Shown in pieces: positions 51,901 through 64,000 of a stretch of DNA of 64,000 bases. Within the stretch, counting starts at the first letter, position 1. Each line of letters begins with the position of its first letter. The position numbers and the translations under genes were made by a program. Below the pieces are notes generated by a model. The model searched no databases. It was not told the origin of the DNA and worked only from the letters and a program-made list of their open reading frames with translations. The DNA is from Azolla caroliniana (lineage: Eukaryota; Plantae; Polypodiophyta), in NCBI GenBank assembly GCA_043228905.1, contig JBHGNT010000015.1, positions 1,922,001-1,986,000 of the forward strand, written 5' to 3'.

Positions 51901-52724
51901 AAAGAAGAGAGGGAGGTAAGCTTAACCATGTCACCAAGACCGAGCATCATATATTCGGTAGCCGTATTGGCCGGCAAAGCTCCGCCTAGGAAATTCCTTG
52001 GAAAGACAAGTTTTACGGGCAGCTCGAGCTTCTTCGTGACTGCCCGAAATCCCGGAAGCTTCAATGTATTAGCCACTGTATGCACAGGGTTTGATGCTTG
52101 TTGCATAGCTACCGAGACCATAACATTGGCACCAAAAAACCGCTCGGAATAGAAGACCCAAAAGATGTCATACACAAACAGGCAGACCAGAAGCAAAGCA
52201 CAGATCTTTATGTTAGGAAGCCGAACATGGCTGATAAAAGCAATGCATATGGAAATCCCAAGAATGTTGTTAAGAATCCAATGCCCTGAGACAAGCCAAG
52301 ATCCAACAACCCCAACACTGGTTAGGGCAAGAAGAAGCTGACTTCGTGTCAGCTGCAACCAGCAGCAATGAACAAAAGGTAGATCTGAGAACCCTAATTT
52401 TGTGCATAAAGCACCCACATAAGGAGCAATGCAAAAGGCGAAGGAAGACGCCGAGGCTATGGTAGTGAATACCATGATGATCTGAGACATGGAAGAGAAG
52501 AGGTAAAACATCAGGAGGAGGCTACAAGAGCTAGCCACAGGGATCATGAGAGCTTGGGAGGTGTCCAAAGTGATGGATGCATCTGCCAAAACACGGTTCC
52601 GATCTTTGTCCATCTCACAATTGAGAGCTCTGTGAGCAGAGCAATACACTACCATCACTGCTGTGAAGATCAGTGTCATGGGAGCAGGCTCTAAGAGATA
52701 AATCAATTTCCACAGAGGTTCCAT
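48981..52724 (-). CDS. SPPL1: Signal peptide peptidase-like 1 (GxGD intramembrane aspartyl protease), 370 aa, 3 exons
   Basis: Exons 52724-51927, 51738-51541, 49097-48981 (1113 nt). Catalytic YD (VYDIFWVF), LGLGD and QPALLYLVP motifs. N-terminus MEPLWKLIYLLEPAP is typical of plant SPPL1. Confidence 0.95.
50517..50938 (+). mobile_element. Degenerate gypsy-type solo LTR in SPPL1 intron 2
   Basis: Shares motifs (TATA..GAGGCTAGCTACC, CGATGGTATGGGACATC, GGGTGGTT, TAGACTCTAACA end) with the LTRs at 6688-7126 and 56968-61967. No clear TSD. Confidence 0.55.
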
Positions 52725-52912
52725 CTCTTCTTTCCTTTGCCTCCTTCCGTCCTCCTACTTTCTCCTTTCTCTCTCTCTCTCTCTCCCTCTCTCAGTCTCT
52801 CTCTCAATCTCTGACCGTCTGTCAGTTAAAACAAATGGATTGGTGGAGAAATCCAACAACGTGAAGACAAGGTTTTCAGATCAGCTCTGTTTCTCTGGCT
52901 CTGTTCTGCCAG

Positions 52913-52958
<46 letters not shown>

Positions 52959-53094
52959 CTCTGTTTCTCTGCCTTCTTCCTTCTTCCTTCTTCCTTCTTC
53001 TGAACTGCCCAACAACAGGACCACATGTGTGTGAATGTGTGATTGTCTCTCTCCCCTGCTCCCCCAGATGCATGAATGGGTTTCGTGCACAAAA

Positions 53095-53144
53095 CTATGC
53101 ATATACATACATAAATGCATAACATGCATACATACATACATACA

Positions 53145-53176
<32 letters not shown>

Positions 53177-53322
53177 CATGCATATACATGCATATACATA
53201 CATATACATACATGCATATACATACATATACATACATGCATAACATACATACATACATACATAAATACATACATACATACATACATACATATACATGCAT
53301 ATACATACATACCTATACATAC

Positions 53323-53357
<35 letters not shown>

Positions 53358-53379
53358 CATACATACATACATACATACA

Positions 53380-53411
<32 letters not shown>

Positions 53412-53635
53412 CATGCATATACATGCATATACATACATATACATACATGCATATACATACATATACATACATGCATAACATACATACATACATAAATACA
53501 TACATACATACATACATACATATACATGCATATACATACATACCTATACATACATACATATACATATACCCTTTGACCCCCCGCTTCTCTTCGAGAGACA
53601 TACATGACATACATACATACATACATATACATACA

Positions 53636-53667
<32 letters not shown>

Positions 53668-53900
53668 CATATACACATACATGACATACATACATACATA
53701 CATGCATACATAACATAACATAACTTTCAACCTCCGAAAATGGTTGTTTCCTCGGCCAATCACATAGAGTTTAAAATCTTGTAAAATGTTTACACTAATG
53801 AAAGGATATCTTCATAAAAAATAAAAATAACATAACATAACATACATACGCTACTACATACATAACATAACATACATACATACACACACACACAAACACA
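53095..53900. repeat. Long compound (TACA/TA/TGCA)n microsatellite upstream of SPPL1; (GA)n at 52918-52956
   Basis: Direct reading. The overlapping 'MYVC' and 'HTYI' ORFs are translations of this repeat. Confidence 0.95.
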
Positions 53901-56900
53901 TTGACCTTACCCTAGTCAACAATACAACTTCTCTATGTCATCAACACACAACCAAGAGAGAGTCAGACTCACAACACATGCATACATTGAGAAGCAGGCC
54001 TAGATGTGTGTGCCCAATGAAGGATGATCATGTGGTAATCATGTAGAGGGGTTCTCAATCTCATTAGACAAATTACTTTTGATGAATGGGTAAATACCCC
54101 ATTTTTATTGTAAACCAATTGTCTCATGGGCCAATTTTGGTCTTAGAAGACGTTAATATATCTTTCTTTCTCTCATCATGCGTTGATGGCAACCCCGTGT
54201 CGGTCGAATGTCTAGAGAGATTAATGAATGAACCCAAGCTACATCCTGGAAGTCTTTTTAGAAGGAGGGATATTATTCCCCCTTCCTATGTAGAGACTAC
54301 TTTTGGATATGTGAGGAAGGTGCTCCGACACTATATTGTTCAACTTATGAGTCTAACATTAGGAGGTTTGAAAACTAGTTTACAGCAAATGATGAGGTTG
54401 CCAAATTATCAACGTTGTGCTTGAATCTCAAATTTGACAATTTGAAAACTTTTTATTGTTGACAAAAGATTTTTCTTGTGCTCAACACGAAGAAAACTTT
54501 GCATCAATGTCATGGTGATTTGTGCCTTAACACTAGCGATTTCATGATCATGTCCATTCATGTGGTCGTCTATAAATAAAACCACATTCTTCTAGTTTTA
54601 GGTCCATGCTTTTGGCCATTCACTCTCCCATTCAAGGTATTTCATTTTGTAATAACATAAATGTCATTGTGATTTGACTTTATCCACCCATAAAGGTCTT
54701 GCAATGTTGCTCAACGTAAGTCTTGTGATCGTTGATGTAAAATACATTATGAGGATCAAATCAATCAAGTATCATATGGGAAAACATAATATGATATGCA
54801 TGCTTGTAACCTCTCAACCATGCTTACACAAGCATCATCGTAATTATAGCAAACAAGAAAATCAAAGAGAACATATTCAGATAGAGATCTAGGGTTGTCT
54901 ATATTATATGTTATCCCTGTGGCTATGTATCTACGATAAACAAACCCAATTTTGTGTGAATGGACCCTCACGATGCTCTGTGGGCCATGGCCATCGTGGC
55001 ACCCCACGTGTTCTTACTAGTAATTGCACATGGCTCAATTGACAACATGTGTATAATCAAAGTTGTCAAATGGTTCCCTAGTGAAGTTACCAAGAGACAA
55101 GGTTGTACAACATTTTTTTTGCCTACACCTAATTGGAAAATTGTTTATGACTGATTTACTTTTTATTTTACATACCAAGAATACATGATACAATTTTTAA
55201 ATAGATAATCAGTTGTTATTTATCATTGACATCTTTCTAGTTTTTATATTGAATTTCTTGGCCAATGATAACATCTTGAAAAATACGATTTTGTTGTTCA
55301 CCCTTATTTTCTTGTTAATACATCAGAGCTCTTAATGTTGATAGCTATTGCTCATAAGAAAAACCATCAGTGCTTTTTATATGATTAGTATTGATGATGT
55401 ACATATATTCTATTCATATCACCTCCTCTTTCTTTACAAATTTCCTAATTTGCAAATTACAAACATTTTGTTGGTGAGGGATACAATGCAAGAAAAACGA
55501 ACTTCTTTGCATGGCCTTGTTGACGTCAAACATGCACGAGTCATGTGGAGCTATATGAACAAAACTCAAAGGAAAGCAAATAGTGCTTATGTGATTCTTA
55601 TTGCGATGCAAGGATGAGCAAAAATATACCAAATTGATGTTACTACCATGGTTCAATAAAGATGAATAATGTTGTCGTTTCACACCTTATGTTGTAGAAA
55701 TTCCGTCAAAGGTAAATTTATAAAGTGGGCCTAACTCTTGGAGTGACAGAAAAATCTTCAATAGTTTGCACATCCGAATTTTTTTTGCATGATCTCAAAC
55801 TATAATTATGTAAAAGAGGATTGTTCACCATTTCAAACTCAAATCATACAAGTTTTATAATGCACGCACCATCATAATTCATTTTCGAAACTTGAACCCA
55901 CGACCTTAGGATTGCAACTCTAGGAAGTGGATTTGATAACAATTAAGAAAGTCAACTATTAGCAAACCCCTCGGCACCCACTCTCTCAACTTAACATGCA
56001 TGCTACATTGTGTAGGTATATTATTAACATAAAAGGGAACAAATTTGGCTACATGTTACAAACTTCAATTCATACCTTATAACCGAGATAAGCTCAATAA
56101 AAACTCTATGATTGCGATCGCACGACACAAGGACACAAATGTGATAGAAAAAGATAAAATATGCATTTATGTTTCTTAATGCAATTCAATGTTAGCAATG
56201 TCTCATAACATCCAAAACCCACCACTAAAAACGTTTTTCTATGAGCATTGTGGAAGCACAAAAAATTTCGGATAGGCCATGTGTTTGTTTGATAATGTTG
56301 TCTAATTCAATTGATTGCAAGTTGGGACACGTTAGTCCCAAATGAATATAGTTCATTAACCCATAAGTGGAATTCTAAATGTTTAGGACAAATAAACTTG
56401 CAAAGAGAGCACAAGACCATGTAAAGATGGATGCGTAGGACTCATAAATGTAGTGTAATGAAAAACAAGCAAAAAACCAAGTATGATATTAATGTGTTGA
56501 TTGTTGAACATGTGTGAACACGAATGAAAGGCCATATGTAAATAACTAGGTATTAAGGAAATCAATGTTCCTTTATATAGTAAGAGTGCATGTTTAGGGT
56601 GAATGCATTCGTTGGTTAATCTTAAAGTGGACATGCCCGAATGGGGACTTTAATAAGCATGTAAAGATAAACCATTCTAATTAAAGAATGGAACTTGATT
56701 CATGTAAAAAAATATCATAGTTATTAACCTTGGACTTTGTAATATATTATTGCTATTTCATTCTCTTTATTCTGAATCTAGTTTGTTTTGTCATACTGAA
56801 TATAGTGCAAACAGATGCATGCCTATGAGCGAGAGAGAATTATGAATGGTATGTGTGTGATTAAGCACATAGTGTAAATAGGTGGGCATTTAAGTTTGGT

Positions 56901-57327
56901 CTAATACTTTGCACAATGAAAAAAACATCCATGTTGTGATTAAGGCACTCAAAAAGATAAGACTTAATGTTATTTCACATAATGTAGGTGAGGGTAGGTC
57001 ACTAATATTACATAAGTGAAGGGTATGTTCACTAATGTTAAAAAGGGACTAATGTGATTGGATAGAAGGAATGATTGGTGCATGCACTATCATGATTTGG
57101 CCAACCAATGAATGAAGAGTCTTTTAGAAAGGCACATCTATGCAAGGGGCCTAGGGAGAGGTATAAATACGAGGCTTAGCTACCCTCATAGGCACATTAC
57201 GTTGGAAGGTTGTTGTCTTAGACACCGATAGTGCGGGCAAGGCTTTCGTCTCGACGATCGTGTTCTCTTCCAAGGTCTTAGTCATCCTAATATCTGGCGG
57301 TGTGGGACATCGATGGTAGGTTGGTTA

Positions 57328-60300
57328 TGAAGAGAATCACGTGGAATATTGCTCGGCCACAACTGAGTCTTGAACACTTCACTGAGAATGAAACACAGAA
57401 ATGGGAAGTGGAGAGTACACAAAAGGAAATACACAGGATGTTTACGTGGAAAACCCTAAATGGGAAAAACCACGGGAGCCCACGAACTCCAACTATCAAT
57501 ATAGGAGAAAGGTACAATCAAAGTCTCGGAGGCAACGACCTCGAGCTTTGTATCTTCGCCAACCGACGGTTACAACAGAGTATCGCTCTGTATCTCACTC
57601 TCTCCCACACACAGTCGCTCTCTCTGTACAACAATATGACAACCACTCTAAAGTGATTGCCCTAAGTCATATTTATACTTATATGAACTTAGGGCTATTT
57701 ACAAATATAGCCTTACTCAAAACCTATTTACAGATATGTCTTCTCTTCCGGTTCTCAATGGCTCTCCTCCCGTTTCTGAATCTCTTCCGATTCTCACCGG
57801 GTCCTCTTTATTCATCACCGGATCCCATCCGGAGAGACCGATTTCCCAATAATCTCCCCCTTCACTTCGGCATGGGATGATTTGTCAACCCGATCCGCTT
57901 TTGGCACATGTCCAGCTTGTCGGTCGTCAACACCTTGGTCAACATATCCGACCCGTTCTCCTCCGTGTGGATCTTCGTTAGCATGAACTCTTGATCTTCT
58001 ACTCTCTCCCGGATCCAGTGGTACCTCCGTTGGATATGTTTCGTCCAGGAATGGTAGACCGTGTTCTTTGCAAGGTGGATGTCACTTTGACTATAGCAGT
58101 AAAGCTGCTATTCCTCCTGTTGGATCCCTAGCTCTCCGATGAAGTCCTTCATCCAGATTATCTCCTTGCCGGCTTCTACAACTGCCATGTACTCTGCCTT
58201 CGTGGTTGACAACGCAACCGTCTTCTACAACCTCGATTGCCATGATACAACTCCCCCTGCATAAGTCATGACATATCCGGATGTAGACTGGTTGGTATCC
58301 GCATCAACCGACATATCCGAATATGTGAATCCGTCAAGTTGGGGATTTTTGGAGCCGAACCAGAGGCATGTACTCGAGGTGCCTTTCAAGTACCGGAGTA
58401 TCCACTTGACCGCGTTCTAGTCCTCTTTGCCGGGATTGCTCATGAACCGGCTCACCACTCTGACTACATATCCGATATCCGGCCGAGTACATACCATCGC
58501 GTACATCAAGCTTCCGATGGTAGAGGCAAATGGAATCTTCATCATATCTGTCTTCTCCGCCTTTGTCCTCGGGCTTTGTTTTCCGGAAAACTTGCAGTTT
58601 GTCGGAAGTGTCGATCTGACCGGCTTTGCCTCCGACATGTTGAACCGTTGAAGCACCTTCGTCATGTACTTCTCTTGTGACAACCACAACAACTTCTTCG
58701 ACCGGTCTTGGATGATGTGCATTCCCAATATCTGTCTTGTTGGTCCTAAGTCTTTCATTGAGAAGGTCCGGTTCAGGGCCTTCTTCAACATCCATATCTT
58801 GACTTGGTCTCTTCCGACGATCAATATATCATCCACATATAGGAGGAGTATCAATAAATCTCCTCCGTCAAATTTCTTCACAACCACACAGTGATCGGCT
58901 TGCATTTTGTGGTACCCTTGGTTGGTCATGAAGGAGTCGAACTTCCGGTACCATTGCCGGGGGGCTTGCTTCAGTCCGTATAGGCTCTTCTTCAGCTGGC
59001 ACACTAGGTGCTCCTTCCCTTTCCTCTCAAATCCTTCCGGTTGATGCATGTAGATCTCTTCTTCGAGGTCGCCATGTAGGAATGCCGTCTTTACGTCCAG
59101 TTGCTCTACCTCGAGGTCCATGCTTGCCGCTATGCCCAATACCGTCCAGATGGATGTCATCTTTACTACCGGGGCAAAGATCTCATCGAAATCTACTCCT
59201 TTCTTTTGCAGGAACCCCTTCACCACGATCCGGGCTTTGTATCTCGGTGGGTTTCCGGCATCTCCCGGTTTCAGCTTGTACACCCACTTGTTCTGGAGTG
59301 CCCTCTTTCCTTTCGGCAACTCCGTCAGTTCATATGTGTGGTTCTCATGTAGGGAATCCATCTCATCCTGCATGGCACTCAACCACTTGCGGCTGTGGGT
59401 GTCTCTCTTTTCTTCTTCGAAGCTTTCTGGCTCCCCCTCATCGGTTAGCAACACGTGCTCTGCATCCGGAAATCTCCGGGGGGCTCTTCTCTCTCCGAGA
59501 GGATATCTTCGTCCTTGGTTTCTGACTGCCGGTTCCTTTGTTTGTTCCTCATCCGAATCTGATTCGGGATGTTGTCCGGTTTCAGTGTCTTCTTCATCTT
59601 CTTCATCTTCTTCTTCGGTTGGTTCGGATTCCTGTCCGTATTCGGCCGGTTTGTCGAGTGTCGTCAAGTTACCGGCTAACATCCGGTTTTCAACTGGGTA
59701 GGTCCTTGTGTCCTTTGGTCGGTTTTCATTGGATGATCCGGATTTGGTCATCTTCTTCTCTGACTCCCAGTCGGCAATGGTCCTGTCTTCCATGAAGACT
59801 ATGTCCCGACTCCGGAACACCTTCTTGTCGACCAAATCCCACACCCGGTAACCGAACTCATCATCGCCGTATCCAAGGAATATGCATGGCTGGGACTTAG
59901 GATTCAACTTTGCTCTCTTGTCCTTTGCCACATGCACGTATGCGAGACACCCAAACACCTTCAGATGCCGGTAAGACACATCTTTACCGGTCCATACTTT
60001 CTGAGGTGAGTCTCCTCCCAAGGGGACTGAGGGTGATCTGTTTATCACATAGGTCGCCGTCATTAGCGCCTCAGCCCAAAACGTATTGGGTAACTTGACA
60101 TGTGTGAGCATGCTCCAGACTCTCTCCATTATAGTCCAGTTCACCCTTTCGGCCAGCCTGTTCAATTTCGGCATCTTCGGCATGGTAAATTCTAGCCAGA
60201 TTCCCTTCGACCGACAGTACTACTCAAACTGCCCTCGGTATTCTCCTCCGTTATCTGCTCGAACCGCCTTTAGCTTCTGACTGGTTTCTCTTTCCACTCT

Positions 60301-61852
60301 CGCGTGGAGCTCCTTGAAGATGGATAGCACATGATCCTTCGTCTTCAATGGTGAGACCCACAACTTCCGTTTGTGGTCATCTATGAACGTCGCGAAGTAT
60401 TGCGATCCAACATGTGACTTCATGTCCACTTGACACACATTGGTATGCACCAACTCCAATGGTGCATTCCGTCTCATCGGTGGTCTTGACCGGAAGGAGG
60501 TTCGGTTTTGCTTGCTAGCCAAGCAATCGGTGTACTTCTCAAGTTGCACGTCCTTCACCGGAATGAGGTTGTCTTCGGCAAGCCTCTTCATCCCCTTCTC
60601 ACTCATGTGACACAGTCTTTTGTGCCACAACTCATCGGCAGTGTCGGATGCTACGTTCACTTCTTCCCTGCATATCCAGGCATTCAGGGTTTAGGGTTTA
60701 GGGTTTAGGGTTTAGGGTTTAGGGTTCCGGCGAGCTTCTTCATCTAGCAGGCTTGATTTTACCCTTGCTAGGGACAACTGTTTTCCTTCTGGCCCTGCGT
60801 TGCCCAATGTGACAACTAACATCTCCCAGCTATCCAGGAGGGAATCGAGCAGGAGCAATGCCAGTACCTAATCGGCGAGAGGTACTTCCAACAAGGTTGC
60901 TTGATGTATCAGCCCCTGGAAAGCATTCATGTGCTCCGCCATACTGGAGCCGTCCTGGTACCGGAGCCTCACTATCTTCTGGAATACCGAAACCCGATTA
61001 ACAACATTCTTGTTTTGGAACATGATGCCAATCTTCTCCTAGAGTTCATGAGCCTTGCTCTCTTCATTAAAGTTGTTGTATAGGCTCATGTCAATGAAGC
61101 ACCGGATGTATGTCGTCGTCTTCATTTGCATAACCTCCCACACTGTGGCGTCGATCTTATCCAGTCTCTTGTCCTCGAACTGAACCGACAACCAAAGATC
61201 TTTAACCACCAGCATATCCCTCATCTTCGACTTCCACACTGAGTAGTTGGTGCCGGTGAGCTTGAACATGCTGCCGAACGATTCTTCCATTTCATGTGTT
61301 GTTCGCTCTGATACCAGATTGAAGAGAATCACGCGGAATATTGCTCGGCCACAACCGAGTCTTGAACACTTCACTGAGAATGAAACACAGAAATGGGAAG
61401 TGGAGAGTACACAAAAGGAAATACAAAGAATGTTTACGTGGAAAACCCTAAATGGGAAAAACCACGGGAGGCCACGGACTCCAACTATCACTATAGGAGA
61501 AAGCTACAATTAGAGTCTCGGAGGCAACGACCTCGAGCTCTGTATCTCCGCCAACCGGTGGTTACAACAAAGTATCGCTCTGTATCTCACTCTCTCCCAC
61601 ACCCTGTCGCTCTCTCTGTACAACAATATGACAACCACTCTAAAGTGATTGCCCTAAGTCATATTTATACTTATATGAACTTAGGGCTATTTACAAATAT
61701 AGCCTCAATAGGCTTACTCAAAACATATTTACATATATGTCTTCTCTTTCGGTTCTCACCGGGTCTCCTCTAGTTTCTGGATCTCTTCCGGTTCTCACCG
61801 GGTCCTCTTTATTCATCACCGGATACCATCCGGAGAGACTGATTTCCCAACT
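57328..61852 (-). mobile_element. Ty1/copia LTR retrotransposon, defective, with two diverged LTRs and an internal deletion
   Basis: LTRs 57328-57851 and 61320-61852, TSD GGTTA (57323-57327 and 61853-61857), iMet PBS 61305-61316, PPT ~57853-57862. Gag (61039 ORF), integrase (60220..60660), integrase-RT (58417..60183, YVDD) and frameshifted RNase H. Confidence 0.95.
60683..60726. repeat. Telomeric array TTCAGGG(TTTAGGG)5TT inside the copia element
   Basis: Direct reading of 60683-60726. Confidence 0.95.
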
Positions 61853-62714
61853 GGTTATGTCTTGATCATAGCAGAGGGGTGGTTGGGTGGAACGGGTTCT
61901 TCTATCCAATCTATTTTCCTTCTTTTTACTTTATTTTGGTCTATTGATTAGTAATAGACTCTTAACACTTAACCAAAAATGTAGGAGCTAATCAAGCATT
62001 TGTTGGTCAAGGAAGCCTTACAAACAAACAATCCAAGCAAGACAATGTAGTCACTAAAGAAACCCCTTAGGTTCTCCTAGTCACTCAAGTGTAGTGTGCT
62101 TCTTTCGGGTAGTATGATATTGTAAGTATTAGGCTTGACAGAGGAACAATGATCGGACAAAATACACATGCAAATATTTATGACATCGACCTAGGAGTGG
62201 CCAATAACACAATGGAAGAGGCTTTATCATGCATGCCGAATCCAAGATAGTATCCTTCACAAGAGTAAAATAGTTAATCACATAAATCTCAATAATAATA
62301 AGGTCCATTTGTGAGTTGTGTAGTAAGAGTGAGGGGTTAAGTAATTAACAATGAGGCAAAGAGACAACATACAAGGTGGCTAAGATGAGCTTACTGGATG
62401 AATGGTGTACTAGGTGGCTTAAGAGTGGCGATTTGACAAGAGAGGGCAGAGTTTGACCAAGGCATTTAAAGAATGAAAAAGGATAATCGGTAATCACGGC
62501 GACAAAGTACGATATTGGCACATGTCTTGTTGTGGCAACGAAAGAAGCATCGAGGCAGAAGATGAAGGTTGTTGTAAAATCAACTCAATGATGGATCTTT
62601 CAAGACGAATTATATATATTTGAACATTACATCAAGGAGGGGGCAAAGAATCTTGACGTAAGCCCAACTTATGAACCATGGTTTGATATTGTCATATGCA
62701 AACATGAGCCTAAT

Positions 62715-63584
62715 TGTTGGGAAATAGGTCCCTTTGGATGGGATCCGGATGAGAACTGGACGAGACGGATCAAATGAGACGAAGGAAGGAACCAGACTGG
62801 ATGGAGCCAGAAGGTATCCGGATATTGGATCGGATGGATCCGTAAGGAGTTCGGATGGATCTGGTATAAACTAGCAAATAGGAACATATTAGAAAATAGG
62901 AACAAATAGGACAGGGGGAACCTCCTGCTTGCTCGAGGTCCGAAAGTACATTCATTGTACCCGTTGTATGTCACAATTAGAGAGGGTGACTTGTTTTTGG
63001 TAGACACCCCCATGTGATCATTCAGACATCTCAGAAAGGCTAGCATAACACATTTATCCAGGCTGGATATATCCCCAAGCTCTCCTTCTCCGACCATCAG
63101 TTTTGCGAGCATTGCCAATATGGCAAACAAGCCGCAACCTCACACCCTACGACTGCATCGAGAGAATCAAGTCCACTCGATTTAGTCCATTCAGACGTCT
63201 GTGTCCCTATGCCACATCAGTCACTCAGTGGTGCCTTCTATTTCGTCAGCTTCATTGACAACTCAACCAGAAAGGTGTGGGCATATCTGGCCAGAACCAA
63301 AGATTGGGTGTTCTCGATCTTCCAAGAATGGCTCGCTATGGTAAAAAATCAGTTCGGACGGAAATTGAAATGCCTTCAGACTAACAACGGGGAAGAATTT
63401 AAGTCTGAAGAATTCGTTAGATTTTGTTGATAATGCGACAAGCGATGGGAATACATGACACCTCATAGTCCGGAGCGGAATGGAATTGCCGTGTGAATGA
63501 ATAAGAAAATTCAAGAACGTATAGTATCCATGCTGCAACACTCTAGACTGTCGGATGGCTTTTGGGCAGAGGCTCTACTTATGG
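62715..63584 (+). mobile_element. Chimeric copia fragment: LTR-start-like segment (62715-62910) fused to a degenerate integrase region of the 35384-40849 family
   Basis: TGTTGGGAAAT at 62715 matches the LTR terminus of the 57328 family. From ~62913 the sequence reads RGNLLLARGPKVHSLYPL...HQFCEHCQYGKQ...GFWAEALL, closely matching the young element. Confidence 0.8.
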
Positions 63585-64000
63585 TGTCGTGAAGAAAACC
63601 ATCCACAAGCGGAATCGGTGCACCGGAGCATAGGAGCCGGCTCTTCATACATGTACGCCTTATGTTGTACATAGAAGATCCTAGGTAGGTAGATTCGGTA
63701 GGTAGGAAGTTAATGGGAAACGGCTCCTTCCTTGCATATAAAAGGAGGGAGACGAGGAGGGGAGAGGGATCACGGAAAACAGAGAGGCCGAAGTGCTGTC
63801 GGGTTGTTGGTCGAAGGCTTCTCTCTCTTCCATACTCTCCATAGCTTCTTCCTGTGCAGGTTTCGGGAGGCTCGCGCTACTCTGAGGAATGCCCGAGTGC
63901 TTCCGGCAGCACCTCCAACCTACTCCTTTCCTTCTGAGCGTTTGCGAACAGGCATCGGCATCTGTTCGCCGGCCTGTTCGGTTGTAACCGACTTCGTGCT
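63585..64000 (+). mobile_element. Probable LTR of another retrotransposon, running off the window
   Basis: Abrupt break of the integrase homology at a TG (63585). GC-rich sequence with TATA (GCATATAAAAGGAGGG). Confidence 0.55.

Larger units (their letters stand above)
56968..61967 (+). mobile_element. Gypsy-type solo LTR (~470 bp; 56968-57327 + 61858-61967) split by a nested copia insertion
   Basis: TGTTA...TAACA termini with TSD CTTAA (56963-56967 and 61968-61972). TATA GTATAAATAC and GGCTTAGCTACCCTC motif are shared with other LTRs in the window. Confidence 0.8.

Noticed and set aside
52826-53763. Long ORFs of 100-296 aa rich in MYVC/HTYI
   Set aside because: Translations of the (TACA)n compound microsatellite, which lacks stop codons in several frames. 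The same applies to 26210-26899.
54000-56200. Short plus-strand ORFs that may be a decayed DNA-transposon gene
   Set aside because: No recognisable domain motif, TIR or TSD could be identified by eye.

Overview
Eukaryotic land-plant nuclear DNA. A fern is likely, inferred from the style of the PLS-PPR gene and the TE families. Five host genes can be built with canonical GT-AG introns or as a single exon: a chalcone-isomerase-like gene (CHIL, -), an intronless PLS-E PPR gene (+), an organellar ssDNA-binding protein gene (OSB-type, +), a reticulon gene (RTNLB, +) and SPPL1 (-). They lie among layered transposon debris. This includes Ty3/gypsy and Ty1/copia remnants, a very young full-length copia (LTRs differ only by one AG unit, GAGAA TSD, single TGG>TGA stop), a copia nested in a solo LTR, a second TSD-flanked solo LTR, two LINE fragments and a hAT-type MITE. 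The most interesting signals are: (1) TTTAGGG telomere repeats sitting exactly at an internal deletion of a copia element, plus a second telomeric array in the OSB promoter; (2) a candidate spliced minus-strand noncoding transcript carrying a miRNA-like hairpin, a G-quadruplex motif and a 38-aa sORF; (3) PPT-enclosing hairpins in three unrelated copia families; (4) an intron built from decayed copies of its own 3' splice junction; (5) a high density of 70-240 bp tandem duplications. All coordinates were read by eye and no database search was run.
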